Shown piece by piece: positions 39,601 to 52,047 of a stretch of DNA of 64,000 nucleotides (positions within the stretch are counted from its first letter, which is position 1; every line of letters begins with the position of its first letter). The stretch spans positions 7,006,001-7,070,000 of the forward strand of contig OZ176051.1 in the NCBI GenBank assembly GCA_964247055.1. Direction: 5' to 3'. Under the pieces are notes generated by a model. That model had not been told where the DNA came from. It saw only the letters and a list, made by a program, of their open reading frames with translations, and made no database searches. Made by a program: the position numbers and the translations under genes. Origin of the DNA: Paragordius varius. Its lineage: Eukaryota > Animalia > Nematomorpha.

Positions 39601-42600
39601 AACGGTCCTTTAGTAACCTCAAGAAATTTTGTAGCCTGAATATTTATGCTTTCATCTGAATTTGCTACTGTAGTTTCAACTGCTGTTGTCATCGTAGTCT
39701 TTTCAATGTTACCAGTTTTAGAAATTGTTTCCATTATAGGACTTTTAATTGATTCTTTTGTGTTAGCTCTTTTATGGTTGACTGCATCAAACAAACTTGA
39801 TAGGGAGTCATCTTCTTTGCTTAAATATCGGATGGTCATGCGTTTTTGATGTTTTGCTGGGAAATGTTCTGTATTGGATGAATCATCTGCGTTACTTTCT
39901 ACCGTAATCGTTGTGGATTTAACTGTGATGGTAGTGGATGAAGTGTAATTATCACTTGGTGTACTACTATCTAACCTATTTGAATCAAAAGAAACTGTTT
40001 CTTTGAAATTGCTATTGGATATTTCCGGTATGCCACTTGTTTCATTATCTAATGCAATAACATTATTTGTTTGTTTATTATCTATCGAATTCAAATCAAG
40101 AGATGTTATGTTGAGATCATTATTGGATGTTTCCGGGATACCACTTGTTTCAATAGTATTATCCAATGCTGTGGAAACAAGAGTGGTAAAAGAATCAATC
40201 GTTTTATTATCCATCATATTTGAATCAAGAGATGATTCTTTAAAATTATTTGTGGAATCTGGGATACCTGTTTCAATTTTATTATGTAATGGCATTGGAA
40301 CAATTGGTGTTAAAAAGTTATCGTTTGGTTTATTCTCATCTACCAAATCCGGATGAAGAGATGTTTTATCAAAATTGAATTTTGTAAAGTTACTTGTTTC
40401 TCTTGTATCTGCAGTTGAAACTGGAGTAATTATAGAATTATCATTGCTGCTACTATCTATCTTTGAATCAATGGTTACTTTTTGACTTTCCTTTCCCTGG
40501 GTTTTGCTTATTTCACTTGTCTCTAGTAGAGATGATATATATAGAGTATTACTCTTTTCCACCAAATTAAGCGGTGGAGAATCTTTGCTAAGATTAACAC
40601 ACACACTAACGGATTCAGACTTAATTTCATTATCAGATTTCGACTCCGTCTCAACATTACCAAATTTATCTGCAACTTTAACATTTTGATCAGTTTCATC
40701 TGATTTTGGTACAATAACATCGGATTTTGAGTTACTCTCGGTTGTTTTTGTAGATTTTTCTTGTGAATCAGGTTTGATATCATTCGATGATTTGGAAGAT
40801 AAGGTACTATCTGCAATTGGACCATTTGTAAATTTTATGTATTTGGCAAAGTAGGAGCTTATCACTTGTTCGGGACCGGTGTAACCTTTAAGCGAAGTTG
40901 GTTCCATTACTTTTTCATTTGCCTTGGTTTTGTCATCATTGCTAATAGTATCAGTCTTAGTGTCAAACGGTGAATCAATGATTGCTTCTTTTTTTACGGC
41001 ATGTGTAATTGTTTCATTGTTTTTATCTTGTTTCAATGTTGATTTCTCATCAGATTTAAGGATATCATGATCAATGGGTTGTTTAGCACAAGTATCCAAA
41101 AATGTGGTAGTGTTTTTATCTTTTTTAATCACCGTATTATCGCTTTTTTGATGATGTATATCTTTCATTTTTGGTTTGTTATCAATTATTTTCTCGACTT
41201 CAAGTTTATCCTTTTGACAAGAAATATCATTTTTACTAGCTGTAATCTCTTTGTTAAGGATTTTCAAAAAGTTTGTTGTAGAATTTATACGCTTCGTTTC
41301 TGACGAAGTTTTTGCAATCTTTATCTCATCAAGAGAGCGATCAACGGATATGGCATGTTCTCTTTTATGCTGACTTTTGTCTGTCGATTCATTAGCATTA
41401 GAGTTATTATTATTAATATTTAGGGATAATTGAGTTTTTAACGGATTTTTAACTGAATGGGGCTTAATTTCATTATCTAAAAATGAAAGTTTATTATAAT
41501 TGAGTATGGATGTTAAAATAATAATTTTTAATCTTATAAATGATTAAAAAAGTTGTTCAAACATATAGTTTTTTACCTTACAAAAAAGGTAAAACAATTG
41601 ATATAAATGAAAAAATAATTAAACTGTTAAAATAGCCATTTTATTAATCCTTATATTAAATAAAAACTAACCGGATTTATGTCTCTTCTTGTCAGCATCA
41701 CCACTTGAAATCTAATATTGTAAAAAAGGGTATAACAATTCAGCAAATCCAACAGATCCATTTTCAAAAAAATTATTATATTAATGACCTTTTTCAAAAC
41801 ACCACTGACATTCTCTACAGTCGCGTTAGTAGGCGAAGGACTACGCGCTTTCCGTTTCGGTATTTTATAGCTACCCGATGTTATATTGGAGGTGGATGGT
41901 AACTTAACATTTGCCAATGATAAATTATTGGTTGATGATAAATCCTTGCATTTATCCTTCGTGGAGTTATTTATTGTTTTAAGCATTACAGAAGCAAAAA
42001 TACGTTGAATTTCTTTTTGTCGTTTACGTAACTTCTCAAATTGATGTATGGTGTGGGAGTTGGTCGAGTTTGTTTCCAATTTCGATTGTGGTATTTTCGT
42101 CAACAAACTATTGTAGTTTGGCGGAGATTTAAACAAGTAGTTAAGGGTACTATCCTTGGCATCCTTCTACAGAAGTAAAACGAATAAAATTTTTAATCTT
42201 AAGAAAATTTGTTATCCCTTAACCAAGATGATTATTAGACTAACAAAGAACATAAATTTTTACTATTATAGATAATTCCATCTAGAAACCTTATAACCAA
42301 AATTTAAAAAATAATTTAATGTACACTTTCAAACCTGAGAAATATGAATCTCGCAAAAACAAATGTAAGCCGTATAAACATATTTTTTATCTTTATGATT
42401 GCTGGAACTGCCGACATCTTCTAAAGCAGTAACATTGGGTGAAAGTGAATTATCCCGATTGTTATTTACATATTTCACAAAATCCTCACTGTAAAGTAAT
42501 TTAGATTTCAAGGCACTATAGAAACGATTAATAAAATAAATTATTGAAACTTTAAAAGTTATATATACAATGGGCACCTCATAATGACCCCGATGGTGGT

Positions 42601-43562
42601 AAAAATACATGGGTCATTATCCGAATCATGACTCTTATTTTTTTAAAAAAATAAAAATTTGAGTTCTTTTGCTTAACTTATTAATTTTATTATTGTCAAT
42701 AATATTACACAGCTATAATCTATAAAAAATGGTCAAATTTAATTTGTATCCAGTAAGTTTGCAGAAAGGTGTGCTTTCGAACAATATTTTTATGAGCGGT
42801 GCTTATTTCAAAAAACACTCCAGGTAAAAAAAATATTTTACCATGTAACATGGAAAAAGGATTTACAATCTGAATATTTGCATTTAAGGGTGGCACCCTT
42901 TATACTTTCGTGTTTCCTACCCTTCATGATACAAATTGAACACGGTTCACATTTTTGTTTGGTCAGGTCTGGAAAATTAATTTTTTCCAAATAATCAATT
43001 TGGAGGAAGTATGCTTCAGGCAAATAAAGAGCACAGAGTACATGGGCCCAACCTAATATGTTGTAATAAATAATGTGTGGAGTAAATAAAAAATTTAAGA
43101 ATTTTTAAAAATGATCTTTTGATTTAAACAAAAGATTCTCTTTATTACATGAAAATTAAAGTTTTTTTAATCATGCATATTTATTTAACCAATGAGAAAT
43201 CCAGTAAAAGTTAGGATTAAAAAAAACGCCTATTTTTATATATTCCACCCAATATATTAAAATGTGTACCCTGTTTTTGGGTAGGTTTCATAGGTCCTTC
43301 CAAACTGCAACATAATTGACAGGATTGACTTTTGCATTTTTCGTTACACTTTTGACACACCCAGAGTCCCGAATTATTGTTTATGTATATGCCATAACAT
43401 TCTATGATAAATTAATTACATGTCAATATATGATAAAAAAACAACTTAAGACAAAAAATATATACTTTTGTGAACTTTTATGCCACACTCTTTGCAAGAA
43501 AATATGGGATTATCCGTATAATCATGCTTTGAACCGCAAATATTGCAAGACGATGCGCTCAT
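30262..43562 (-). CDS. MLLT10: AF10/AF17/ZFP-1-like protein (PHD-Zn knuckle-PHD plus C-terminal leucine zipper), multi-exon
   Basis: ATG 43562: MSASSCNICGSKHDYTDNPIFSCKECGIKVHK|KCYGI...GLWVCQKC...CQLCCSLEGPMKPTQKQG|WAHVLCALYLPEAYF...CSICIMKG...GATLKCKYSDCKSFFHVT|CALKSKLL...AYICFCEIH (complete PZP). Near the C-terminus, ASFD|..FLQSLSAQVEENKLNEAKLANLRQRASQLALEN resembles the OM-LZ. Long S/T/N-rich middle exons (ORF 38697-41267). Confidence 0.85.
32871..33054. mobile_element. Short Tc1/mariner-type MITE with about 55-bp TIRs
   Basis: CAGTATGAGTAAGTA...ATTGCTAGAAAGTTATTAATTATTGCCAAATAGCAT mirrored by ATGCTATTTGGCAATGATTAATAACTTCCTAGCAAT...TTCATACTG. Confidence 0.7.
35755..36150 (+). mobile_element. 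5'-truncated RTE-like non-LTR retrotransposon fragment, antisense in an AF10 intron
   Basis: VRPTLTYAS*TWAITKTLESRLKRTEDKMLKY then RTNRLRYFRHIDR...RKGRPKTTW...DRDIYR, the typical C-terminal end of RTE-clade ORFs; adjacent (TA)n. Confidence 0.7.
36629..36688. repeat. (TA)n microsatellite; shorter ones at about 21180-21210, 35690-35720 and 51228-51250
   Basis: Direct reading. Confidence 0.95.
37174..37783. mobile_element. pogo/Tigger-like MITE
   Basis: TA-CAGTCAAATCTCTTTTT at left, AAAAAAGGTTTGACTG at right; internal 11-bp hairpin CTTTTTATGCG/CGCATAAAAAG. Confidence 0.55.
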
Positions 43563-43627
43563 ATCAACATTGGTTGACCAGTTACATTCGTATAATCAGT
43601 CTGGTTCACCTCACATTGCTTTGAAAT
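43563..43627. promoter_or_regulatory. 65-bp head-to-head interval between the AF10-like and SYF1 start codons (putative bidirectional promoter / overlapping 5' UTRs)
   Basis: AF10 ATG at 43562 (in-frame stop upstream) and SYF1 ATG at 43628; both N-termini align to family N-termini. Confidence 0.75.
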
Positions 43628-46600
43628 ATGGATGAAGACGAATTGGATTTGGACATATATTTAGTATGTCTCAATATATTTTATCTTAAACTTTAAAGGA
43701 TCAAGATAATATAGCGTATGAAGAAGAAATTATAAAAAATCCATGTAATATAAAATCTTGGCTAAGGTACATTAACTTTCAAAGCGACGATGAAACCGCT
43801 ATGAATAGTATTTATGAAAGGGCCGTTAAAGAGATTCCAGGAAGGTATGGTAAAATTTAGTATTTAGTTATAAACTTTGGAGAAATTATCTTAAAGCACT
43901 TCAAAAGCAGTGTAAACAACGCAAAGTGACTGATGAATTTTACAAAACTGCTATATCTGTCCACGAAAGATCCCTTATATTCATGAATAAAGTTTATAAT
44001 TTTTAAATATTTTGTATCCAACTAAAAAAACGACACCATTTATTAAAACTTTACAACTTTGTTTAACTTTTATAAAATGTTTAAATATTAGATTTCTAGC
44101 GGATAATAGTATAAAACATAGTTTTTACTCATAACTGATTATTTTTTAGATGCCACGTATTTGGATTGAATATTGTACGTTCCTTACGCAAATTGGTTTG
44201 ATTAGTTTTACCCGGCGTACGTTTGATCGGGCACTACGAAGCCTACCCATAACTCAACACCACAGAATTTGGCCACTCTACATTAAATTTATTCAAATGC
44301 ATCAAATACCTGAGACGGGAAAACGAGCTTTTAGACGATATTTGAAAGTTTGCATTTTTTGTAATATTTTACAAATTGTTGAAAATTTTGTGATATTTTA
44401 ATAATATTTTGACTAATTTGGACGAAATAAATAAGTCATTGAAACCATTAAATCGTGGCGATATTTTTAAGTCAATTTTTATTTTTTTTATTATATGTTA
44501 TACATAGTTTTGGTAAATCATGGTAAGTTTAGTTGTTTATGCCATAGTTTATGTGTAATTAGTATTTCGATATTATTATTATTTATATTTTACCGCTACC
44601 AAAATTATCTTTTATTTTTTAAGTGTATTTTATTGTTGTTGTCCTAATTAAAATAGTTGTTCTACATATTTGTAAAAGTTTTTTTATAGAAAATAATAGT
44701 CAACTGTGTTGTTTATGCCCAGTTTATGTTAAACATAATCATTTTTTATTTCTTGATACATGTATAATTTTGGGTGATAATAAAATCTTCTATTATTTTA
44801 TGGTAAGTTTAATTATTACAAATTTATGGAAATCGCTAATACTACTATTTATACAACTTGTCTATTAAGTAATTATCCTTATTTTTATTGTATATTGTTT
44901 ATATATTTATTATCTAGAATAGGGGTGTTCAACACGCGGTTATAATATTTTTGCGGTCTGCAAGAAATTTCAATCACAAAATTTTTGCGAAATCAACGTA
45001 AAATTGATTTTCTTAAACAAACTTTATGAGTTAATTTTTCCAAATTTTGGCAATGAACTTGTAAAAAGTGTTGAAATAAATAATAGTTTTTACAATCTTG
45101 TATTTAAAATCCAACAAATTTGTTAATGTCCATCATATTTTTCGAATGCCTGTCGGATTTTTTGTCCCGAAAATGGGGCCCGTAAAGGCAACTGTGTAGG
45201 AGACACCCCTGATCTAGATTAACATTGAAGATTAACATTTATTTATCATTCTTAATATATAATTATTATTAAATTGCCCAAAGTTTTAATATTTATTCAT
45301 TTATATTTTTTTACATTCTATAATTTTTTTCCCATAGTTTAACCCATACGATAGCGAAGATTACATAGACTACCTCATTAACAAAAATTCGGTGGATGAG
45401 GCCGCCTCAGTTTTCATCAAAATTTTGAATGATGAAACGTTTGTATCAAAGCACGATAAAACAAATTATCAAGTAAAAATTATTTGTATATTTTTGTTAT
45501 TAAACCTCTAAACATTTTTATATAGATATCGAGTAAATTTATAATATATATATATATACCATTTACAATTCAAATTCCCTTGAAATTTAAATTCACCCTC
45601 GAACAATTCAAATCAGCGAACAATTATATTTAACCTATAATCTTTGTGTTTTCGGGTTAATATAACTCATTAATATATATGGCTTAGTTATTTTCATTAT
45701 CATTTTAACCAAAATTTTATTTTTTAAAAATATTAAAAAATATAGGAATTTTTAATCTTAAATTTATTTTAGGGTGAATTTGAATTGTTCGAGGGTTGAG
45801 TTTGAATTGTTCGTGGGTGAATTTGAAGTGTACCTTAAAATTACATTAAAATTTTTACCATATTTAGCTTTGGTACGAATTGTGTGAATTGGTGTGTAAA
45901 CATCCACTTCAAATCACCTCCGTTAACATTGATCCCATCATTCGGTGTGGCATTAAACGTTTTAGCAATGAAAAGGGTAAACTTTGGAACTCCCTGGCCG
46001 ATTATTATATACGCTCAGGTCTGTTTGAAAAGGCTAGGGATGTCTATGAGGAAGCTATTTTAGACGTTACTACTGTCCGTGATTTTACACAGGTGAGTGG
46101 TAAAAATTGTTTAATAAAGTGAGAGTATTTTTGCAAAAAAAACTTAACCGGGTAACTATATAATATCAATTATTTTTTATTTTATTATCCCTAAGTTTTC
46201 CATGATATTTTTTTTTATTTTAATTCATTGCAGCAATAAAGTTGCTATCATCTTTTAAAAATTGCATAAACAATAAAATAAACAAGTTTCGAAATGAAGC
46301 CCATTATTAATAAAATATAGGCTGTAAAAATAGATCTATGATAATATTGATGTAAATTATCAAATTTTTAACACAATATATCTGATTTCGATTTTATTTG
46401 ATTAGTTATTTGATTGAATCATGTGAAATTTTGTAAATTAACGGCTGATCACGAATTTATGTATAAACTTTCTTTATTTTCTATTATAAGTATTTAGGCT
46501 CATTATCAATTGGTATAAAATAACAGTTAAAGTTGATTTGACAACACAAAAAACGGCAACTAATAAGTAAACATGGAGAATTCAAACTATTAAAATGTTT

Positions 46601-49600
46601 TTTAAAAAATATTTTATTTATTATTAATGATAAATTTTTATGTCAAATTTATATAAATATATTTTCGGGTTTTGCAAAATAAACCTTAGATATTTGACGC
46701 ATACTCACAGTTTGAAGAAAGTGTTATTACAAAGTTAATGGACGAATGTTCCACCCGACAATTAACCGAAGATGGTATACTAGAAATATACTGAAATCTA
46801 TATATAAAACATAAAAAAGACATTTTTTATTTTACAATATGAAAAAACGAATGATTATTTTTGTTTTTGGATGTTTAGAGGATCTCGAATTAGAAATTCG
46901 ATTAGCACGTTTGGAAAATTTGATGGAACGACGTTTGTTACTTCTGAATTCTGTCCTTTTAAGACAAAATCCTCACAATATTCACGAATGGCTTAAACGG
47001 GTTAAATTGTATGAAGGCAATCACGAAAAGGTTGGTACTTTTTGATTTTGATGTTTTAATTTTAGTAAAAATTAAATTTTTATGAAATAAAGGAAAAAGT
47101 AGTTAATTCTTGATTATTATATATGATTACATTTGTAAAATATAAAAGGATTATTTTACCAATAAACTCATTGTGGCTACCCAAAACATGTTTTTTTTGT
47201 AAAATTAAGGTTTAGTGGTGCTAGATTTCAATTAAATATGTTTTTTAATTTATTATAACGATCGTTTTTGAAACTCAAATGCAATATTTCAAATTATGTA
47301 ATTTAAATAAATCTTTTAATTTGCAGATAGTTGAAACGTTTGAAAGTGCCCTTAAAACTGTTAATCAACCTAAATTGTTGGTGGGACGCTTATCTGATCT
47401 TTGGATAGCATATGCCAATTATTACGAACAACAAGTATAATATTTATATAAAATTTATTTTCATATTTCAATCGCACTATTACTATATTTACTTTGAAAA
47501 ATAAATGTTGTTTCAAAAGCTTAATGAATGTGATAAATTTGGAAATTAATTATGTGTTTACATAAAACTGAGTTACTTTGTATATGTATATGAGTTCGAT
47601 ATCCATAATTAATTTTAACTTTTGTATGATAATTTAGGAAAATACTTCAGATACAGAAATTGACCAAAGCGCTACTATTCGAGATAAGGACGATATTGAG
47701 ATGAAAACCGATCAGTTTGATGAACAAAAATCTGAACAAAACATAGAAAATGTGGACAACGAAGAAACTGATTCATCTGAAGAAGGTATGTAATCCTTAT
47801 TTGTTTGCTTGAATTTTTTTAGACTTTTGATCTAATGTATAATCGGTTCACAATATGTTTTTTTGTAAAAACTATGAAACTATTTGACATAACTTTAACG
47901 TGTAAATGAACGTAATAACTAAAAATAATATAAAGTGATGTGTAAATCTTAAATTTTTCAACATTAATCACAGGCATGTTTTATGCCCCTTTTTAGAATT
48001 CATTGGCACTCTCATTCTGCCAAGAAATTTTTCTTAAATAAAATTATGCTTTATGTAATAGATGAAATTCCCGATGAAAATATTAAAAGGGGTATAACAG
48101 ACGCTAATCCTGGTGCGCAAAACCTCTTAAATGCCCGAAAGATTTGGGAAAGATCGGTCGAAGATCCAAATTACGCCAAAATTGATCATTTAGCACAAGT
48201 TTGGTGTGCATGGATAGAAATGGAAATAAAGTTTTTTATATTAATTTAATCTATTGATTTTGATTATCTATTGACAATTAAAATTTTAATATAAAATTAT
48301 ATAAATTTTGGTGATATTTTTGACGACTATTTTACTTCTCAATGCATAAGTTTTTTTTTAAAATTGCCTGATAAACCTTAATTTACCACATTTAATTAAA
48401 TCTTGCTTTCTTTTGAATCATTGTTATCCAAGTTATATTAATAAAAACTTCAAATGAAAGTTTTTTTATATACATAATAATATATTCCAATAAAAAAATA
48501 CTTGACATACTATTCCTATCTTAGATATGAAAATTATGCCCAAGCCTTAAAATTATTACAAAGAGCCACCACACCCAATCAAAACATCAATACAAATTAC
48601 TTTGATGAAACTGACATTGTCCAAAATCGGCTCTTTAAATCACTCAAGATTTGGTCACTTTACGCTGATTTGGAGGAAAGTTTTGGGACTTTTGCTGTAA
48701 TTTATAACTTTTCTAAAATAAAAATTATATTTTTAATAAATAAATATTAAAAAATGTATAAACCAATTTCTTTTGCATACCTTATAAAATTCTTATTTAG
48801 TCCACTAAAGCCGTGTATGATCGAATCATCGAGTTGCGTATAGCTACACCACAAATCATCTTGAATTATGGATTATTTTTGGAGGAGAATCGATATTTCG
48901 AAGAAGCTTTTAAGGCATATGAAAAAGGTTACTAGCATTTATTTATATACTTGACACCTTATATTTAAGTCATTAATTATTGTAAACTACTTTTTGACTT
49001 TTTTTGTTTGTATAAAAAAAACATAGGTGTTTCCCTCTTTAAATGGCCCAATGTTTATGACATTTGGAATACGTATTTAGCCAAATTCGTTGATAGATAT
49101 GGTGGTACGAAATTGGAAAGAGCACGTGATCTTTTTGAACAATGCCTGGAACATTGTCCACCCAAGTTTGCGAAATGTAATGATTAGTTTATAAAACATG
49201 ATGATATATTATATGTGGCCAAATATTTTAAAATGATTATGAGATGATTTTTCAGAATTATATTATTTTATGGATAAAATTATAATTGTTTAATGAATAA
49301 AAGTTTTACGTTATAAACCATTTTTTATATTAATATCGCAGTGGTCTAGATAACTATTTAGACTATTTTAGCACCTATTTAATTACCGATTATTATTGTT
49401 TTTTTGATTTGATAACGGTATGCTTGATAATCAAAATGCTAAAGTAATTTACTATAACATTGCGAATTATACATTATATTTAACCATTCGTTTACAACTT
49501 ACTGTAACTGTCTGCACTTTTTCGCTTAGAATCAATAATAATTCGTTATCTTGTATTTTTAGAAAATACCTTATTAATATTTCTTTAATCTTTAATTTTG

Positions 49601-51218
49601 TCCTTTTAAAAATAAATATAATGTCTCACATTTTTTTAGCCATTTATTTGTTGTACGCCAAATTGGAGGAAGATCATGGACTAGCACGTCATGCTATGGC
49701 TGTTTATGATAGAGCTACTAATCATTTACCTGCCCTTGAACGGTATGAAATGTACCTTATTTACGTACAAAAGTGTGCCGCTATTTTCGGATTACCTAAA
49801 ACACGGGCCATTTACCAAAAAGCCATTGAAAGTTTACCCAATCACCAATCAAGGTTAATATTTTTATTGAAATTTTAATGAATATCAATGATGATAATAT
49901 TTTTGATGATGAAACATAAAAATTTGGAATAATGAAAATGGGATAAAACATTGAATTTTTTTGAAACTGTATTTTGTATATCATACATCTTACAACCATT
50001 AAATTATTTAATCATCAATCAAGGTTTATATTTTATTGAAATTTTAATGAATATCAATGATGATAATTTTGATGATGAAATATAAAAATTTGGATTAATG
50101 AAAATGGGATAAAACTTAAAAAACTTTTTTAAAAACTGTATATATCAAACACCTTACAACACCATTGAAAAATTACCTAATCACCAATCAAGGTTAATAT
50201 TTTATTGAAATTTTAATGAATATCAATCGATAATATTTTTGATGATGAAAGATATAAAAATTTGGATTAGATAATACAGTAAGAAAATGAAAATGTAAGG
50301 GATAAAACATTAAAAACTTTTTTTGGAAATTGTATTTTGTATATCAAACACCTTACAACCATTGAAAAATTATCTAATCATTGATCTAGGTTAATATTTT
50401 AAATTTTTAATGAATAATTATTGTAAGTTTGATAAAATATAGAAATTTTGGTTAAAATAATACAATAATAAAATTGTAAGGGATAAAAGATTGAAAAATA
50501 AGAAATTGTCTGTTGAAACTGTATATTCTATAACCTTACAACCATTGAAAGCTTACCGAATCACCAACCTTAATTTTATTATTTGCAAATGCTCATTTTA
50601 ATATTTAATTTAAAATTTGATGAATTGTAAATAGAATTATTTTGCATTTATTATAATGCTGTATTGAATATGTAAGGGTTTGGCATAATAAATGCTCACC
50701 CTTTTCAATCATGATTCCCATGATTTAATTTAGTATTCTGTATACTGATTGCGTTGAATTATGAAATTAATGTAATACATCTCTATACTTTATTTTTCAG
50801 CCCAACCTAGGCTACATAAAAAATTAACAATCAAAAAATTGGTTAAGTTTATTAATAAATGACACTTTTTATTTTCGTTTACTCCGTATTTATAAATTTT
50901 GCGCAAGCAACATAAAATTTGTTAGTTGTTAATTTTTAATCCTAATTATTATTCGCTAAAAATAAATTCCTATTTTTTATGAATATATTATAGAGAAATA
51001 TGCCTACAATTTGCCGAATTAGAATGCAAATTGGGAGAAATTGACCGGGCACGTGCCATATATGCCCATGGTTCTCAAATGGCTGATCCTAGAGTAATTA
51101 TTAATTCCACAAAATTTTATTATTATTACAAGGAGTATATTTTTTGTGCAATGCCATATTTTAAAACTATGAATAGGTATTAATCCAATTTCACAACTTT
51201 TTTTTCTGCGTAAGCTAA

Positions 51219-51255
<37 letters not shown>

Positions 51256-52047
51256 TAAACCATTTTTAAAACCGCTGAAATAAATTATTATAAATAATTG
51301 TGTCACCGCCATATTTAAATGTTATAAAAAATTTGAAATCTTTAAAACAACATTGAAAATAAAATTTTAAAATTTACACGTTATACAGCGTAAAGATACC
51401 ATTTTTCGTTAATTTTATTTTGCTATTAAATTTGTGTGTTTTTTAGTGTTTTAACAATTTTATACCAACCACAATTATGATAAAGTTATGAATTTGTGGG
51501 AAGGGGGGCTTTCAAAAAACTGTTTCTATTTGTTTTGTTGTTATAATTTATAGACGGCAGCAGAATATTGGCAAACTTGGAAAGATTTTGAAATTAAACA
51601 TGGGAATGAAGACACTGTACGTGAAATGTTAAGAATTCGCAGGAGTGTTCAAGCGGTTTATAGCACTCATCTTAATTTCGTGGCAGCTCAAAATCAAATG
51701 GTTACAAAAGGTTTGTTTTATTTTTTCTACGATATTTCATATGTTTAGATAATACAGTAAAACTTAATTTATAAGGGAAAAACTTAGAAAGTAAAAAAAT
51801 TAATACTTTTTTATAAAAACCACGTTTTAATTGTTTACCATTCGGAAATTACACTCTCGATTCTATGTTACACAATCGTAATTACCACATAGGTTATATT
51901 ATGTGTCAAAAAATATGGTTTAAATATTAAAATTGATTATTATTATAATTTTAATTACCCTAACAGTTAAATATGTTTTTTTAATAATTTTTTACAACAG
52001 ACCCAACAACTAATGCAATGGCCGCAATGGAACAAGAAATTGAATAA
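43628..52047 (+). CDS. XAB2: Pre-mRNA splicing factor SYF1/XAB2 (HAT repeats), about 18 exons
   Basis: [12 protein letters not shown]|[21 protein letters not shown]...IPG|SYKLW...|MPRIWIEY...[19 protein letters not shown]...[27 protein letters not shown]...[21 protein letters not shown]...[19 protein letters not shown]...[10 protein letters not shown]...[19 protein letters not shown]; stop at 52045-52047. Confidence 0.97.
44920..45211. mobile_element. hAT (Charlie-like) MITE with 8-bp TSD in a SYF1 intron
   Basis: Ends TAGGGGTGTTC / GAGACACCCCTG; flanks ATCTAGAA and ATCTAGAT (the NTCTAGAN target typical of Charlie elements). Confidence 0.8.
45557..45833. mobile_element. Second copy of the foldback-like element, right TIR eroded
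   Basis: TACCATTTACAATTCAAATT start, same 21-bp units at both ends; internal segment matches the reverse complement of the collagen-intron copy. Confidence 0.65.
49823..50570 (+). repeat. Tandem array of ~170-200 bp units, each beginning with a copy of a SYF1 exon 3' end plus donor site
   Basis: CCATTGAAAGTTTACCCAATCACCAATCAAG|GTTAATAT recurs at about 49823, 49996, 50162, 50359 and 50542. Confidence 0.9.

Noticed and set aside
39253-41303. Several plus-strand hydrophobic ORFs
   Set aside because: Antisense to the long AF10 exon; a codon-bias artefact.
49823-50570. CRISPR-like appearance of regularly spaced ~31-bp repeats
   Set aside because: The intervening sequences are homologous to each other, the repeat is an exon end, and the host is a eukaryote with no cas genes.
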